A stretch of DNA of 64,000 bases from Azolla caroliniana (lineage: Eukaryota > Plantae > Polypodiophyta). The stretch spans positions 12,710,001 to 12,774,000 of the forward strand of contig JBHGNT010000010.1 in NCBI GenBank assembly GCA_043228905.1, written 5' to 3'. Below, one piece after another: positions 29,561-41,447 of the stretch (position 1 is its first letter; every line of letters begins with the position of its first letter). The notes under the pieces are model-generated. The model made no database searches and was not told the DNA's origin. It saw only the letters and a program-made list of their open reading frames with translations. A program made the position numbers and the translations under genes.

Positions 29561-29621
29561 AATGGTTATGGTAGCATTGATGAGCCCCGTAGGGGGCGAA
29601 ACTAGTTTGCTCATGACCATT
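29561..29621 (+). ncRNA. Type I hammerhead ribozyme, copy with mutated core (UUGAUGA)
   Basis: AATGGTTATG-GT-AGCA TTGATGA GCCCC-GTAG-GGGGC GAAA CTAG TT TGCT-CATGACCATT. The conserved C3 is T here. Confidence 0.75.
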
Positions 29622-29919
29622 ACCCATCGTATTGTAATTTTTCCTTTTTCTTAATGAAAATTAGTCTCCTTCTTAATCTCTCCCTCTCTCTAATCTAGAC
29701 TATTTAGCTTATGGTTATGTTTTAGCTTGTTTCTAATTTTAATGTTAGTGATTAATCCCTCGTCTCTCTCTCTCTCTCTCTCTCCCTCCCCTTCCTCTAT
29801 CTCTTATTATGCCTCACTTACACCAAGTTTGTCAAATGATTTGGGTGTGCTCAAATTATTCTTGGTGTTTCTTTTCACTTTATCCCCTCTTGCACTTAAT
29901 CGTAAACCCTTTTACCCTC

Positions 29920-30023
29920 TAAACCCTAAGCCCAAAACAAACACTAAACCCTAATTCTTAAACCCTAACCCTAAACCTAAACCTAAACCAAAACTCAAAC
30001 CCTAATTCCTAAACCCTAAACCT
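29920..30023 (+). repeat. Degenerate interstitial telomere-like tract (TAAACCC/TAACCC); also at ~234-337 and ~41842-41955
   Basis: Runs such as TAAACCCTAACCCTAAACC; the right copy has about five consecutive TAACCC. Confidence 0.75.
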
Positions 30024-30681
30024 TTTCTCTATAACTCTACATCTTACATACTACACCCACCGATTGCCTACTGTCCGCACTCCTTGTTTCGACTTCACGG
30101 TCCAATTGAGAATATGTCATGCTTTCTATGGAGGTCCTTTCAACGGAGAATGGCACCCACGACGGTCGTGCATCGACACCCATCGAGCATCCGTTTCGTG
30201 ACGAGTTCCCTCATAACACGTTGATTGGCACTTGCAACGGCGACACCGGTTTTCTTCTTCCATCCCAACATGCAACACCGACACTCATTACTCGCCCCTT
30301 TTATATCTCTTCTTTGTATTAATAGCACGGGACTACACATGGTAGCCATGTGTGCCCACTTCTCCCTCTTTAACTAATGCTCGGGACTACATGTTGTAGC
30401 CGGCTTATATGCACAATCCTTATCACTCCCCCTCTTCTCCTTGATTTCTACAAAATTGTAAAAATGCCCCTCGTCTGTTTAACTAATTGTCGCTCTACCC
30501 CTCTCCCTTTTCATGTTTTCACTCAAAACCCCCAATTTCTCTCTTCTTTCTCTTTCTCTTTTAATTCTTGTTACTCTTTCTCTATCTCTACCCTTCCCAT
30601 TTTCTTTTCCTATATTTTACTCTACCCTCTCTCACCTCTATTCGTATACTCTACCCTTCCCCCTTTCATTTGAAATCACTC

Positions 30682-30957
30682 AAAATATTGGATACCCCTC
30701 CCCTTCTTTTCTCCTAAAATTTATTCTACCCCTCCATCTTCTTTTCTCAATTTCATTATACCCCTCCCTCTATTACTTTGACATTTTTAATTCCTACCCT
30801 TCCTCTCCTCAAAATATTGGATACCCCACCCCCTTCATTTCTCCTAAAATTCATTCTACCCCTCCACCTACTTTTCTCAATTTCATTATACCCCTCCCTT
30901 TATTACTTTGACATTTTCCCTACCCTTCGTCTCCTCAAAATATTGGATACCCCTCCC
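30682..30957 (+). repeat. ~128 bp tandem repeat, about 2.2 copies
   Basis: CAAAATATTGGATACCCC recurs at ~30682, ~30810 and ~30936 with similar intervening sequence. Confidence 0.8.
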
Positions 30958-31264
30958 CGTTTACTATTTTTTCCATACCCCTACCTCCTAGTTTCACTCA
31001 TACCCCTATTTCCTCCTAGTTTCATTTATACCTCTCTCCTACACTTTTATTAAACCTAATCTTTAGATTATATTCACCCGTTGCCCTTCTCCTCGATTTC
31101 TATATATTTTAAACATCACCCCTCCCTTTAACCTTTCTTTTTAGTAGCTTTTTATTTAGGGTTTGCCTTACGGCTTTGTGAGGAGTGCGGGTCGATATAC
31201 CCTTTCTCTCTTCTCTAACTCCTACCTCTCTCTCTTTTCCTTTAGCTTTCTTACTTTTTATCCT

Positions 31265-31307
<43 letters not shown>

Positions 31308-31927
31308 GTTTCTCTTATCACAATATACCCTTACATTTTCATATTCCTTTTTTAGTCTTCTACCCTCATTGATCTCTCGCCTTTTTTTTGCTTACCTTAC
31401 CCCTCCTCTTCCTTTTTTCTAAACCCTTAGCCTCCTCTTTGTAAGTCCCTTTGTTTTCTTTTTACTCTTTCTCCACCTTTCTATTTTTATATTTCTACCC
31501 TCACCCATGTTCTACTTTTTCTTACCCTACCCCTCCCATCCTCTTCCTAAATCTATAGCCTTCCCCTTTAACACGTTCGCGTTCACAAGTGGAAGGATCG
31601 CGCATAAATGGAAGGATAAGGGAAATTTTAGGGGTTTTTCAATGATTTTACAAAACACATTGATACCAGTATCATACAAGTTCAAACATACTATGAAAAA
31701 GGTTAAAAATCCACTATTTTCGTGATTTAGAAGTAACTAAAAAAAGACGAATTTCAAAAACATACATTCTCAATTTATATCACAAACTTTACAACCAATG
31801 TTATTTTATAAGAAACGATTTTTGGGAAATCATAAGAATTCAAAACACGTGATTTTATATTACTCGATTTGTTACAAGCGGAATGTAGTTACACTTAATA
31901 GCCAAATATACATTCATGATCACTCCT

Positions 31928-34707
31928 TTACGGAGAATCACTACTATAACTAATATACAATGACGATTCCTCCTCATCATCCTCGGATGTACCAATCAGT
32001 GCATTATCTTCGTCATAAACCAAATGGTTTGACTCTAGATTATATGTAGCAGATCTCGTTTGCCTTTGACTCGAGCCACCTTGTAGACCTGGTAATTTTT
32101 CTTTTATTATATCTATTGTTGACTTCCTTAATCGTCCGGCTTTTGTAAGTGTGAAGTCGTACACGATGATATCCACATCAGAGATATCAAGGGTTGAGGT
32201 GTTACGAATGTTTCGCTTCCTCTTCCTACCTCCCCTTCTTGTTTGGCATTCAATCATCTCCAATGTATACTTACCTATAAAAGCATTTGCACTTCTAGTG
32301 TTGTACCAATGAACATTTATAGACTTGATCGTGTTTTCTATTTCATGCATTAGCACTTCTAGAATTTTACCAACCCAAAATTGGTGGCCATGTGAGTTCT
32401 CATCAGCCGGCGTTGCAATCAACATCCCCACGGTGAGCTCTTGCAAATTTCCTTGCCATCTAGCTTCAGCTGCTTTGGTCATCCTTGGTCCCACATAAAT
32501 GTCTCTTTGTTGTGGATGGACCAAGCTGCATTAATCGCATTTACTAGTCGCTCCGGACTTCTATTTACGCGATCATGTTGCAGCGACCATGTGAATGGCG
32601 TTTCCAAATTCCAATTATCAACAGATACACAATTGTCTATAATTTCTTTCTGATCACTATAAAATACATCCCACCATGACGTGTCTTGTTGTGCGGCATA
32701 TTTCTTGGCGGCCTCAATATGCTTTCTTTTTTCTTCTAAGGCTTGGAGCCATGACCGTTTTTGTTCTGATACCAAGTCGCTCTGCAACTGTCCTTTCTTC
32801 TCAATTGGCATTTGCTTAGCTCCATGGACAATTGTACTCGGCATACAAAGTAATAACTGGCAACCACCTTCAGGTTCCCATGTTGTAGAAGATGAATATT
32901 GTTTAGCATACAAAAGTGTAGAACCACTTATTCCATTTTTCTTTATTAAAAAACTGTGATTGAAACTTATATTGTTTAACTGAGCAAGCACTTTAACATT
33001 CCCACCACCCCCATCTAATATATATCTTTTAAAGTCATATACCTCCTTCAAGTGTAACACTTTTGGGCGTGGTGTATATGCATCACAAATGACATCAAAT
33101 AGTTTAGGTAAAGTGAAAGCATCATGCCGAGACAACTGTCTGGAGAATGTGCTAAACATCTGATCTATATGGTCATGTGTGTGGCCAACCAAAAGGAAAT
33201 TGACTTTCACTTTCCTAAACAATTCTAGGTTGACCAACATACTTAGATAGCCAAATACAGTTGAATTTTTGTTCTCTCTAGCAGTATTGTCCAATTGAAT
33301 GTATAGAACAGGGGGGAAAGGTTGTCCCCAAGACATCAAAACTCGGTGAATCACTGTAACTGTTAGGTTAGGGTCATTGTGAACATTGGGGTAAGTAATG
33401 AAGAAGTGAGGTCGAACAGACCTATTATAAGCCAAGCATCCCACCAAGTGCATTTGAACAAGGCACTCATCATTGACATCTTTGGGGAGCCTCCGCATAT
33501 GCGGCAAGCATGTCTTCTTCTGGTCCATGCCATCTATCATTAAGCACATGTATTGTTCAGGCCTCTTCAAACACTTCTCTCTATGATGCATCGCCTTCCT
33601 TCGTTCTAAGGATTGTGCCTCACGATGCTCTTGTAGTAACTTCTTACTCGTATCCTTTTCCATTGATGTCTTTGCACCTTTAGCCAAACTTTTAAGATTT
33701 GCACAAATGGAGCAATACCCCATACGTACTTTACGAGGAATAATAACATTTGAAAACTGAGCTCTCCATAATCTTGTGAATTGGCTATAGGTGATAGACT
33801 TATTACGTGAGCCCAGCATTTCAGATTGATAGACATCATAAACTTCCCGATGGGTATAATTATCAGAAAGATGCATCCTACCTGTAGTGGGCATTACTTC
33901 ACAATTTAACTGAAAGTAAGTTTTCATCCAGCCAATAGCTAGTCTTCCAATTGCACCTTTCATACTTGGAACCTCTTTACAATTGAGCATCTGATCCCCG
34001 CTAAGTAGACATTGTTGTACTCTATGTAGCCGCATGTTACTAACACATAACACAATTTTGAATGCAACTCTACATATCTGTTGCGCATGGAAGATATAAT
34101 ACTCGAATGATACTTTGATCCCCGTACATTTGTCAGATACTAGTTGCATATGTGATCCGAGTTAAGTGTCTTGCTCATCACCGGTCATCGAAAAATAGTA
34201 TCGCCTTAATTCTCGCAACTTTGATATTCCAATCATAGACATACAACCACGGGCACAACATATTTTGTTGACATCAAATCCAATCTGTTTATCTGATGTC
34301 ACCAAGCTAAATCTAGCCAGACGAATTCTTCGTGGGATTCTTCTAATATGCATAGGGCTCCCAGATTTCTCTTCTTGCATAGAGGTTGGTGTAACCTTGT
34401 TACAGTCTAATTCTCTATTCTGACCATCGCCAATGTTATTCAATGTTTCCTGGGCACTTCCTTCATTCTCGGTATCTTTATTAATATCGTATTCTTCAAT
34501 AGAGAACTCTTCACATGTGTCATTATTTACATTCCCTGTAGATGAGCTCAGACAATATTCTTCGATAGAATATGGTGAGTCGGTCGAAAGACAATATTCT
34601 TCAATCGAATATGGTGACTCTGTTGACAAACAATACTCTTCAGTAGAAAACGATGGGTCTGATGACAAACAATATTCTTCAATCGAGAACGGTGAATCTT
34701 CACTCAT
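31928..34707 (-). pseudogene. DDD-type transposase (DUF7869/Sola-like), about 925 aa if repaired; one in-frame stop and one frameshift
   Basis: Motifs LMIDGMDQ, QLDNTARENKN and FLLVGHTHDHIDQMFS, plus Cys clusters CCARGC, ICRVAF and CSIC. ORF 34162-34707 is in frame with 32479-34149 across a TAA (QDT*LGSHM). ORF 31928-32524 continues after a frameshift near 32522. Confidence 0.8.
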
Positions 34708-35378
34708 GGCTTAAGGTCTAGATAGGGCTCTCTAAGTTATACTCCTCTCTAACCATATACTCCTCCCTAAACATAAACTTCTCTCTAAACAAGAGCCAAA
34801 TCAATAGAATGTCTATATTATGTAATATTCTATTAATACAATACATCTAAAAATTATTTTTAATAAAGTAATTTAACTTAAATTATCAATCATTATATAA
34901 ACTAGATCTAAATGATGTTAAATCAAGTAAAATATAAAACTAATCATTAACAAGCCTTGAATATGTTGGATTAATGTTAAAATCATTGGCTAATTAATGA
35001 CACCCATTTTGATATAGAACGTCTCACTCATTGGTTCTTTAATGCTCACCATTTTAAATATTAGACTTATCAATCATTGGTTAATTCATGCCCACATCTT
35101 TAATACATAACATTTGAGAGTCATAAAAATTGTTGCTTTTAGTAATTAATCATTGGTACATTCATGAACCTCTATCATTGTCTCCTTCATAACCTTTGAA
35201 GTGATTGTAGGTTGTTATGACTATAAAAGATTGATCAATATGTTAGTTTGACTTTGTAATCATTAATACAATCATAAGTTACTCTAGTTAATGTGACTAT
35301 GGTTACCAACTAACTATCCTCAAAGTTACCAACATTGGTTAAGGTGACTATGGTTACTTTAACCATGGGTTCAATCCC

Positions 35379-35386
35379 TATAAATA
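35379..35386 (+). promoter_or_regulatory. TATA box of the ParB-methyltransferase gene
   Basis: CTATAAATA about 130 bp upstream of the ATG at 35512; several ATTGG (CCAAT) motifs lie further upstream. Confidence 0.6.
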
Positions 35387-35412
35387 GGAAGACCTCATCA
35401 TATTTCACTCAC

Positions 35413-35475
35413 CAGAGCGTACAGAGCGTACAGAGCACACAGAGCACACAAAGCACTCAGAGCACAAAGCACGAA
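35413..35475 (+). repeat. 9 bp tandem repeat (CAGAGCRYA-like) in the putative 5' UTR
   Basis: CAGAGCGTA CAGAGCGTA CAGAGCACA CAGAGCACA CAAAGCACT CAGAGCACA. Confidence 0.8.
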
Positions 35476-35511
35476 AGCGCGATCTCCGCCTCCACTTCAA
35501 CACGATCAACC

Positions 35512-38500
35512 ATGTCTTCAAAGAGAATCGAGCGCGAGGACTCTAGGTAGGCCTCTGACACTGTGGACATTTTTGTAAATATGTTTCGATTCTCAAGAAC
35601 TCGATACGGCGTATCGAGTTCATGTATACAATACAAATATTTATACACGAACTCGATACGGCGTATCAAGTTCGTGTTTAAGACCTACACTTTAAACCGG
35701 AACTCGATACGCCGTATCGAGTTCATGGTTAAAGTGTAGGTCTTAAACACGAACTCGATACGCCGTATCGAGTTCATGGTTAAAGTGTAGGTCTTAAACA
35801 CGAACTCGATACACCGTATCGAGTTCGTGTATAAATATTTGTATTGTATACATGAACTCGATACGCCGTATCGAGTTCGTGTTTAAAACCTACACTTTAA
35901 CCATGAACTCGATACGGCGTATCGAGTTCGTGTTTAAAGTGTAGGTTTTAAACACGAACTCGATACGCCGTATCGAGTTCGTGGTTAAAGTGTAGGTTTT
36001 AAACACGAACTCGATACGCCGTATCGAGTTCGTGTTTAAAGTGTAGGTTTTAAACACGAACTCGATACGCCGTATCGAGTTCGTGTTTAAAGTGTAGGTT
36101 TAAAATATTTATACACGAACTCGATACGGCGTATCGAGTTCGTGTTTAAAACCTACACTTTAACCATGAACTCGATACAGCGTATCGAGTTCCAGTTTAA
36201 AGTGTAGGTTTTAAACACGAACTCGATACGCCGTATCGAGTCCCTATATATAAGAAGGCTTTGAGAGAGAAAAATCGTTTATGGGGTGGAAATGATATCA
36301 AATTGTCTGGCAAAATCAGTCTTTTTTATGTTGACTTTACTTACTTTTAAAGAAATACATGCTCTAATTATAGGTGTTTTATGACCTACTTTAGCTTAAA
36401 ATAGTAGAAAATGATCTACAAATTGCCTTCACTATGGCAAATTCTCCTCAATATAGGTTTAGAATCTATATAAGTCATACCTACTATTTAAAAGAATATA
36501 TAACCCGTTTTACTTATTACGATATATATTTTCTAGGTTGAATAGCCCTGCCTATAATAGATTTTTGAATATGTTACTGCTCCTAGAAACTGTTCTTCAT
36601 TATAATATACAACTTCAATCTACGTGACTGTCTAACTTATGTTTTTGCATATACTTTCTTAAATAGGTCGTTTGAGAACCTGTCGGACCGACCCGTGAAG
36701 AAAATTAAGCTTCGCATACAAGGTTCTCCAATCGAAGCCCAGACCAAGGTAACTCCTGAGACCATGAAGAGAGGAAAAAAGCTTCTCTTTAACGAAGAGA
36801 CAAAATCTCAGCCACATAGTGATGTTAGCCAAAAGAAACTTGTCGCCGCTACTAGAGGCGAAAACCTTCCTGACCGAGATCTAACGGACAAGGAATGGTG
36901 TATGCAATATGTCGACTCAAAGAAAAAAGTCGTATTGTATACAGCAAAGAAGAAGGGTGAGGGGCAGCTTGGAAAAGAAACCCCATTTATGTATAGCCGT
37001 ATTCTACGATTTGACTACGAAGATGCAGATTCGGCCAACATACTGGTAATGATAGAGTGCTCCAAGGGGGTACGTAAAGTGTTCCTTTCAGAAGACCTTT
37101 TAGTAAAGGAATCTTGTGGGCCTGAAGTGTTCAAAAAAGCACTTGATAACTCACAAAACCTGATTGTTACCTTGAGGCCTTATATACAAGGCCATGTAAC
37201 TCTAAGAGATGAAGAGCCCTCCCTATTGAAGGCCACAAAAAAGGTATCCAAAGTCCAGTCAAGACCAGCCAAGAAGAAGACAACGAAAATGTCGGATACG
37301 GATTCAACAAGTGAAAATGAAGAAGAGGATAATAAGGGGACGCCAGGAGCCGAGCTGGCCTCGGGTGTCTTGTCATCCGAGCAGAATAAAATAAGGAGAG
37401 AGTTAATGCAACGGAAGCTGGTCAGGAAAGGGCAAGTATTTAATTTGCCTATAACACACATCCATCGGCCCCCTATTGATGAAAAAACAGGTCGAAGACC
37501 ACTTGAGATTAGAGAGCCTCATCGCATGCATGTTCAAAATCTCAAGAAAAAAATGAAAATTAATCCTCATGCCACTGTGGTGCCTTTTATTGTTATGGTG
37601 GATCCTGAAGAATGTGAAACCATTGAAGATTTTGATATCAGAAAGCATGATCAATATAATTATTTTGTCATTGGTGGATCGCATTCAGCAGAGGCACGTC
37701 GGCAACTTGTGAGAGAACATCCAACCACTTTCTTCTTCAAGTATGCCGAGTGCAAAATTTATGTTGGGCTCACAACCGAAGAGGCTAAGCTGTTGGCATG
37801 GGACCATAATAATGATAATGACTATAGGCAGAAAATGTCGTCTATTGAGCGTATACGGTTCTTCCACCACGAGTATTTAGATGTGAAACAAAAGTTTGGT
37901 GTGAAGTTACATCCAGGCCTTCGACGTCAATGTCTGCATGAAGTCGGTATTGTGGTAGATGATAATGTTAGGTCCGATGGTCTTCGAAAGTATGAGTCTT
38001 GGTTTCAATTGGCGTTTAGAGATGGAGAAGTATGGGACCTCCAAGATCAAATATTCTCAATGTGGGAGAATAAGGAGGTAAAGGGTCAACGACAAAAGAA
38101 ATGTAGGGTTGACCCTCAACTAGAATTAAAGTCACAAGCCGCCAAGAAAATTGACTTGACAATTGAAGAAGCGGCAGACGACATGAAGCTGTCTCTATGG
38201 AGAGCGATGCAAGGTATTAAGGACGAGCAGCTTCTTGTGTCGGTTTTGTCAAGGGTTGTGGCGAAAGATTTAAGCCTTGAAGAAATGGTCACTGAGTTCA
38301 ATAAGTAAGTCTTTCAAATACTGAAATTGTAGTCTATCTGGTGTAATTCAAAGTTCTAATCTTGATTTCTAATTTTACAGTCATAAGGTGTACATGAAGA
38401 TCCAAGAAGTTATGATGAAACAACTTGGATGTATAACTTGGGAACAAGTGACCGAGGATTATCCTCTAACGTCTTCGTATAAGGCGTTATCAGAGTATTT

Positions 38501-39892
38501 TATTGCATTCAAGGATTGGGTTAGTATTCATGTTTTTTCATTACCCTTTCATCATATGTAGAGCTTGTATAATAATACCTGATGTCCTATTGCTTCTATT
38601 AGAAACCGTGTCGAGGCAAGAAACAAGGAGAAGTTAAGGATATACACGATTTCCCTACATCCTTCCTTGCACATCTCGAGCGAGCCAGAAAAGAAAAGGA
38701 TCGTCGCTTAGTCAAGGCGTACGAAATGGAGGAAGATGGCTCGTTTAAAAAATTTAGCCACAAAAAAGATATTACGAGAGATCTTTACTACAATGTGGTT
38801 TGCGGTGATGTCATCGACTTGATCCAGAAGGTGCCAAAGAAGGAATATACGCTAATGATTGCGGATATTCCTTACGGATTTCGAATGGCTGGGTCATCAT
38901 ACGACGATGAACCGTTTAGGTTTAAACAATTGGAGAAGATGGTCAAGGATTTCGCTGAGCTAACGACCGCATCCTTGTGGCGAATAGTTGTCTTTCATAG
39001 TATGGACCAAGGGTACTCGGTAGCTCAAGCTTTGAGATCTCGTTGCCATGGCATCGAGAACCTTGCATGGTAAGGATTATTTATAGGTGTCTTTCATTAT
39101 ATTGCAATTCTTAAGGTTGTTGAATCTATTCTTAACTCGATGAATTATTTTTTATAGGATCAAGACCAATGTAAATAGAGGGCCAACTTTTCGGTTCGTT
39201 AATGCCATTGAATACATAACGGTTGGCTACTTCGATGAAATTAAAAAACAGAGAATCAAAGAGCATTCTAATGAAGTGGGAGGTTCAAATCTGTTGGTAT
39301 ATCCAGCAGTGACTCGGAAATTGCGACATGTCACCACGACAGAACGGGGACTTGTCAACCCATACCAAAAACCTCAACGACTTATGATGCGCTTGATCGA
39401 GATGTTTTCTGTCGAAGGAGACTGGATATTAGATCTCTTTTCTGGCACAGGTATTCCTCGAACTAGGGTAACGATCTTGAGATAACCAATCACTTTTTTT
39501 TCGTTTGACAACTAAATCTTCTTGTTACTTACATCATAGGAACTACGTCAGCATGTGCATTGAAGTTGTTTAGAAATACAGTTGCATTGGAGAAGGACGA
39601 GGACCAAGTTATATTTATTAATATGCGGATTAAGGCTTTGTGGGAGTGCCCAGACCAGGATGAGGAGGTCGGTGCAAAGAACCTCGCCAATACAGAAAGG
39701 TTTCAACCTGCTTCGCGAGAGCCTATTCCTCCGTTAGCCGGCGAACCGGGGGAGCTAATAGAGCTTGATGATGAGCTTATAGAAGATATTTCGTTGGCTC
39801 GGCTAACAGGGGAAACCAATGCACGTATAGCCGAAGACAGTTCTACACAAGATGATGAAGAAAATGACGTTGATGAATTGATTGCTATGTAA
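35512..39892 (+). CDS. ParB/Srx-like domain + beta-class N6-adenine/N4-cytosine DNA methyltransferase fusion, 6 exons, 974 aa
   Basis: Exons 35512-35546, 36667-38304, 38381-38519, 38603-39069, 39158-39450 and 39540-39892. All introns are GT-AG and phases are consistent, giving 2925 nt with no internal stop. Motifs: VCGDVIDL, LMIADIPY (motif IV), AWIK, NPYQKP, WILDLFSGTGTTSACALKLFRNTVALEKD (motif I, assembled across intron 5), and ParB-like VPFIV...YFVIGGSHSAEARRQL. Confidence 0.88.
35597..36243. repeat. Array of 13 palindromic 25 bp repeats (GAACTCGATACG-S-CGTATCGAGTTC), ~51-52 bp period, in intron 1
   Basis: Copies start at about 35597, 35649, 35700, 35751, 35802, 35854, 35905, 35956, 36007, 36058, 36117, 36168 and 36219. 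Two spacer types occur in both orientations. Confidence 0.95.
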
Positions 39893-41118
39893 TAGACTCT
39901 ATAAAGAATATGACACTGACGATTTGTTAAGATTTCACATTATTAATACAAATTTTGGGTTTTACCTAGTGGATTCTATTCTTTATAATCATCTATATGT
40001 TTCAATTTTATTTTTATATACTTGATTAGTAGATTTATGATATTGGTTTCACCGCGTGCATAGCTGACTACTAAACTTATGGAGAAACATGAACTAGCTT
40101 AAATGGAGGCTGATTTTGGTCCAAGCTAACCTTAACAGAACATGGCCCTATAATTGTTGCCATGACTGTCCATGTTGTTATTATGGATCTTTGTCTTATA
40201 TTGTTAAAACTATTATGTTTCTATTCCATTGCTGCTTAGATTGTGTAGTGTGTTGATAATGGTTCCAGTTGCGTTATCGTTCGGAGTTTGATCTTGTGTG
40301 AATCACCTAAGCAATAGAGTAGATCAATTTTAAATACAGGTATGAAAGCCTAATAGGTTTCTTATTTCCACGACATTATCCTAAAGTTCACTGCCTTACA
40401 TTGTGCACAATTATATACACATATGGTTTGATCCCATATGAACAAACTGAGGAATAGATTAGATCAACTTTTAATATAAGTATTGAATACTTTAATAAGT
40501 TAGTTATTCCAATCACTTATCCTAATGTGCACTATCCTACATTTTCCACAATTACATACATGCACGTATGGGTCAAAGTATAAATTATATCTCATTTTAT
40601 TAGTATGGATACAAGTACACCTCATATTTTTGTAAAACCTACCTAATTAATATAAGTCTTTAAGTTAGTGTTTCCCTTGTCGCACAATAGTGCCATATTG
40701 AGCCATAGTTGAACTTTATTATGCCTACATTAACTTATCAACATGTCTAAACTTGCATGATTTCTAATGATCTCCACTCGTAGATCTATCATGTATTTTT
40801 ATATTTGCAAATTCTTATCAAGTTGAGGAACATGTGATACTAGTGCATCCAATTATTGTAGAGAGGGTGTATTTTCTTCGTTTTAAGAAGATTCTACAAG
40901 TGGAATGCGCAATCCTTCCACTTGTGAACGCGAACGTGTTCTTTATTTTTCCCACACATGTCTCTCTCCCTTACCTCTTTCCTCTTTCCTTTCTCTCTCT
41001 TACTTTTTCTAGTTTACACACACATCTCTCTCCTCTCTCTCCCCTTTTGCTCTCTCTTAATTTTTTCACGTTTTCCCACTCTCTCTCCTCCTAGATCTAC
41101 TCACTCCCCTTATGTCTA

Positions 41119-41169
<51 letters not shown>

Positions 41170-41447
41170 TCCCTTCTCATCATCTCACGTAAGCCTTGTT
41201 TCCCCCTCTCTCTTAATGCCCCTTATATTTTCTCACTTTTTACATTTTATATCCTAAACTCTCCCTTTTCTTCTTATCCCTCCTTTTACAATATAACCTC
41301 ATACCAAAGCCTTCCCCTTATCACATTAAAGCCCATAAATCCTCTTCCTTCTTCTCCAAATCTTTCCACCCCTTTCAATCACATCCATAAGCACAACCCC
41401 ACTCCCTATTGTCATTTCTCTAAAGCCACTCCGAAAACTCCCTATAT

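Larger units (their letters stand above)
29545..30111 (+). repeat. Left terminal direct repeat
   Basis: AAACCTATCCACC...GTCCAATTGAGA, near-identical to 41448-42044 except for (CT)n length and a few substitutions. Confidence 0.93.
31570..40940. mobile_element. 9371 bp TIR DNA transposon (Sola-like/DUF7869-type) with methyltransferase cargo
   Basis: 36 bp TIRs AACACGTTCGCGTTCACAAGTGGAAGGAT(C/T)GCGCAT at 31570-31605 and 40905-40940 (1 mismatch). Flanked by CTTT at 31566-31569 and 40941-40944. Encloses a transposase-like gene. Confidence 0.9.

Noticed and set aside
29727-31725. Short Leu/Ser/Pro/Phe-rich ORFs (also 10-237 and 40834-41875)
   Set aside because: Translations of CT-rich low-complexity DNA. 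The GC-richer 30112-30420 segment gave no recognisable protein in the frames read.
33150-33200. GHTHDH as an HUH endonuclease motif (Helitron/Replitron)
   Set aside because: The context fits the third acidic residue region of a DDD transposase, and the element has TIRs and a TSD.
35597-36243. CRISPR-like repeat-spacer appearance
   Set aside because: Spacers are not unique (two types reused in both orientations), there are no cas genes, and the array lies in a spliceosomal intron.
36980-37150. Possible chromo-shadow-like domain at the MTase N-terminus
   Set aside because: Only a vague pattern resemblance; it cannot be supported without a profile or structure search.
35512-39892. Bacterial or phage contamination as the source of the MTase
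   Set aside because: The gene has five phase-consistent GT-AG introns and a TATA box, and is nested with clean TIR/TSD junctions in plant-type repeats.
40305-40575. Degenerate ~140 bp duplication downstream of the MTase gene
   Set aside because: Two highly diverged AT-rich copies with no evident structure or function.
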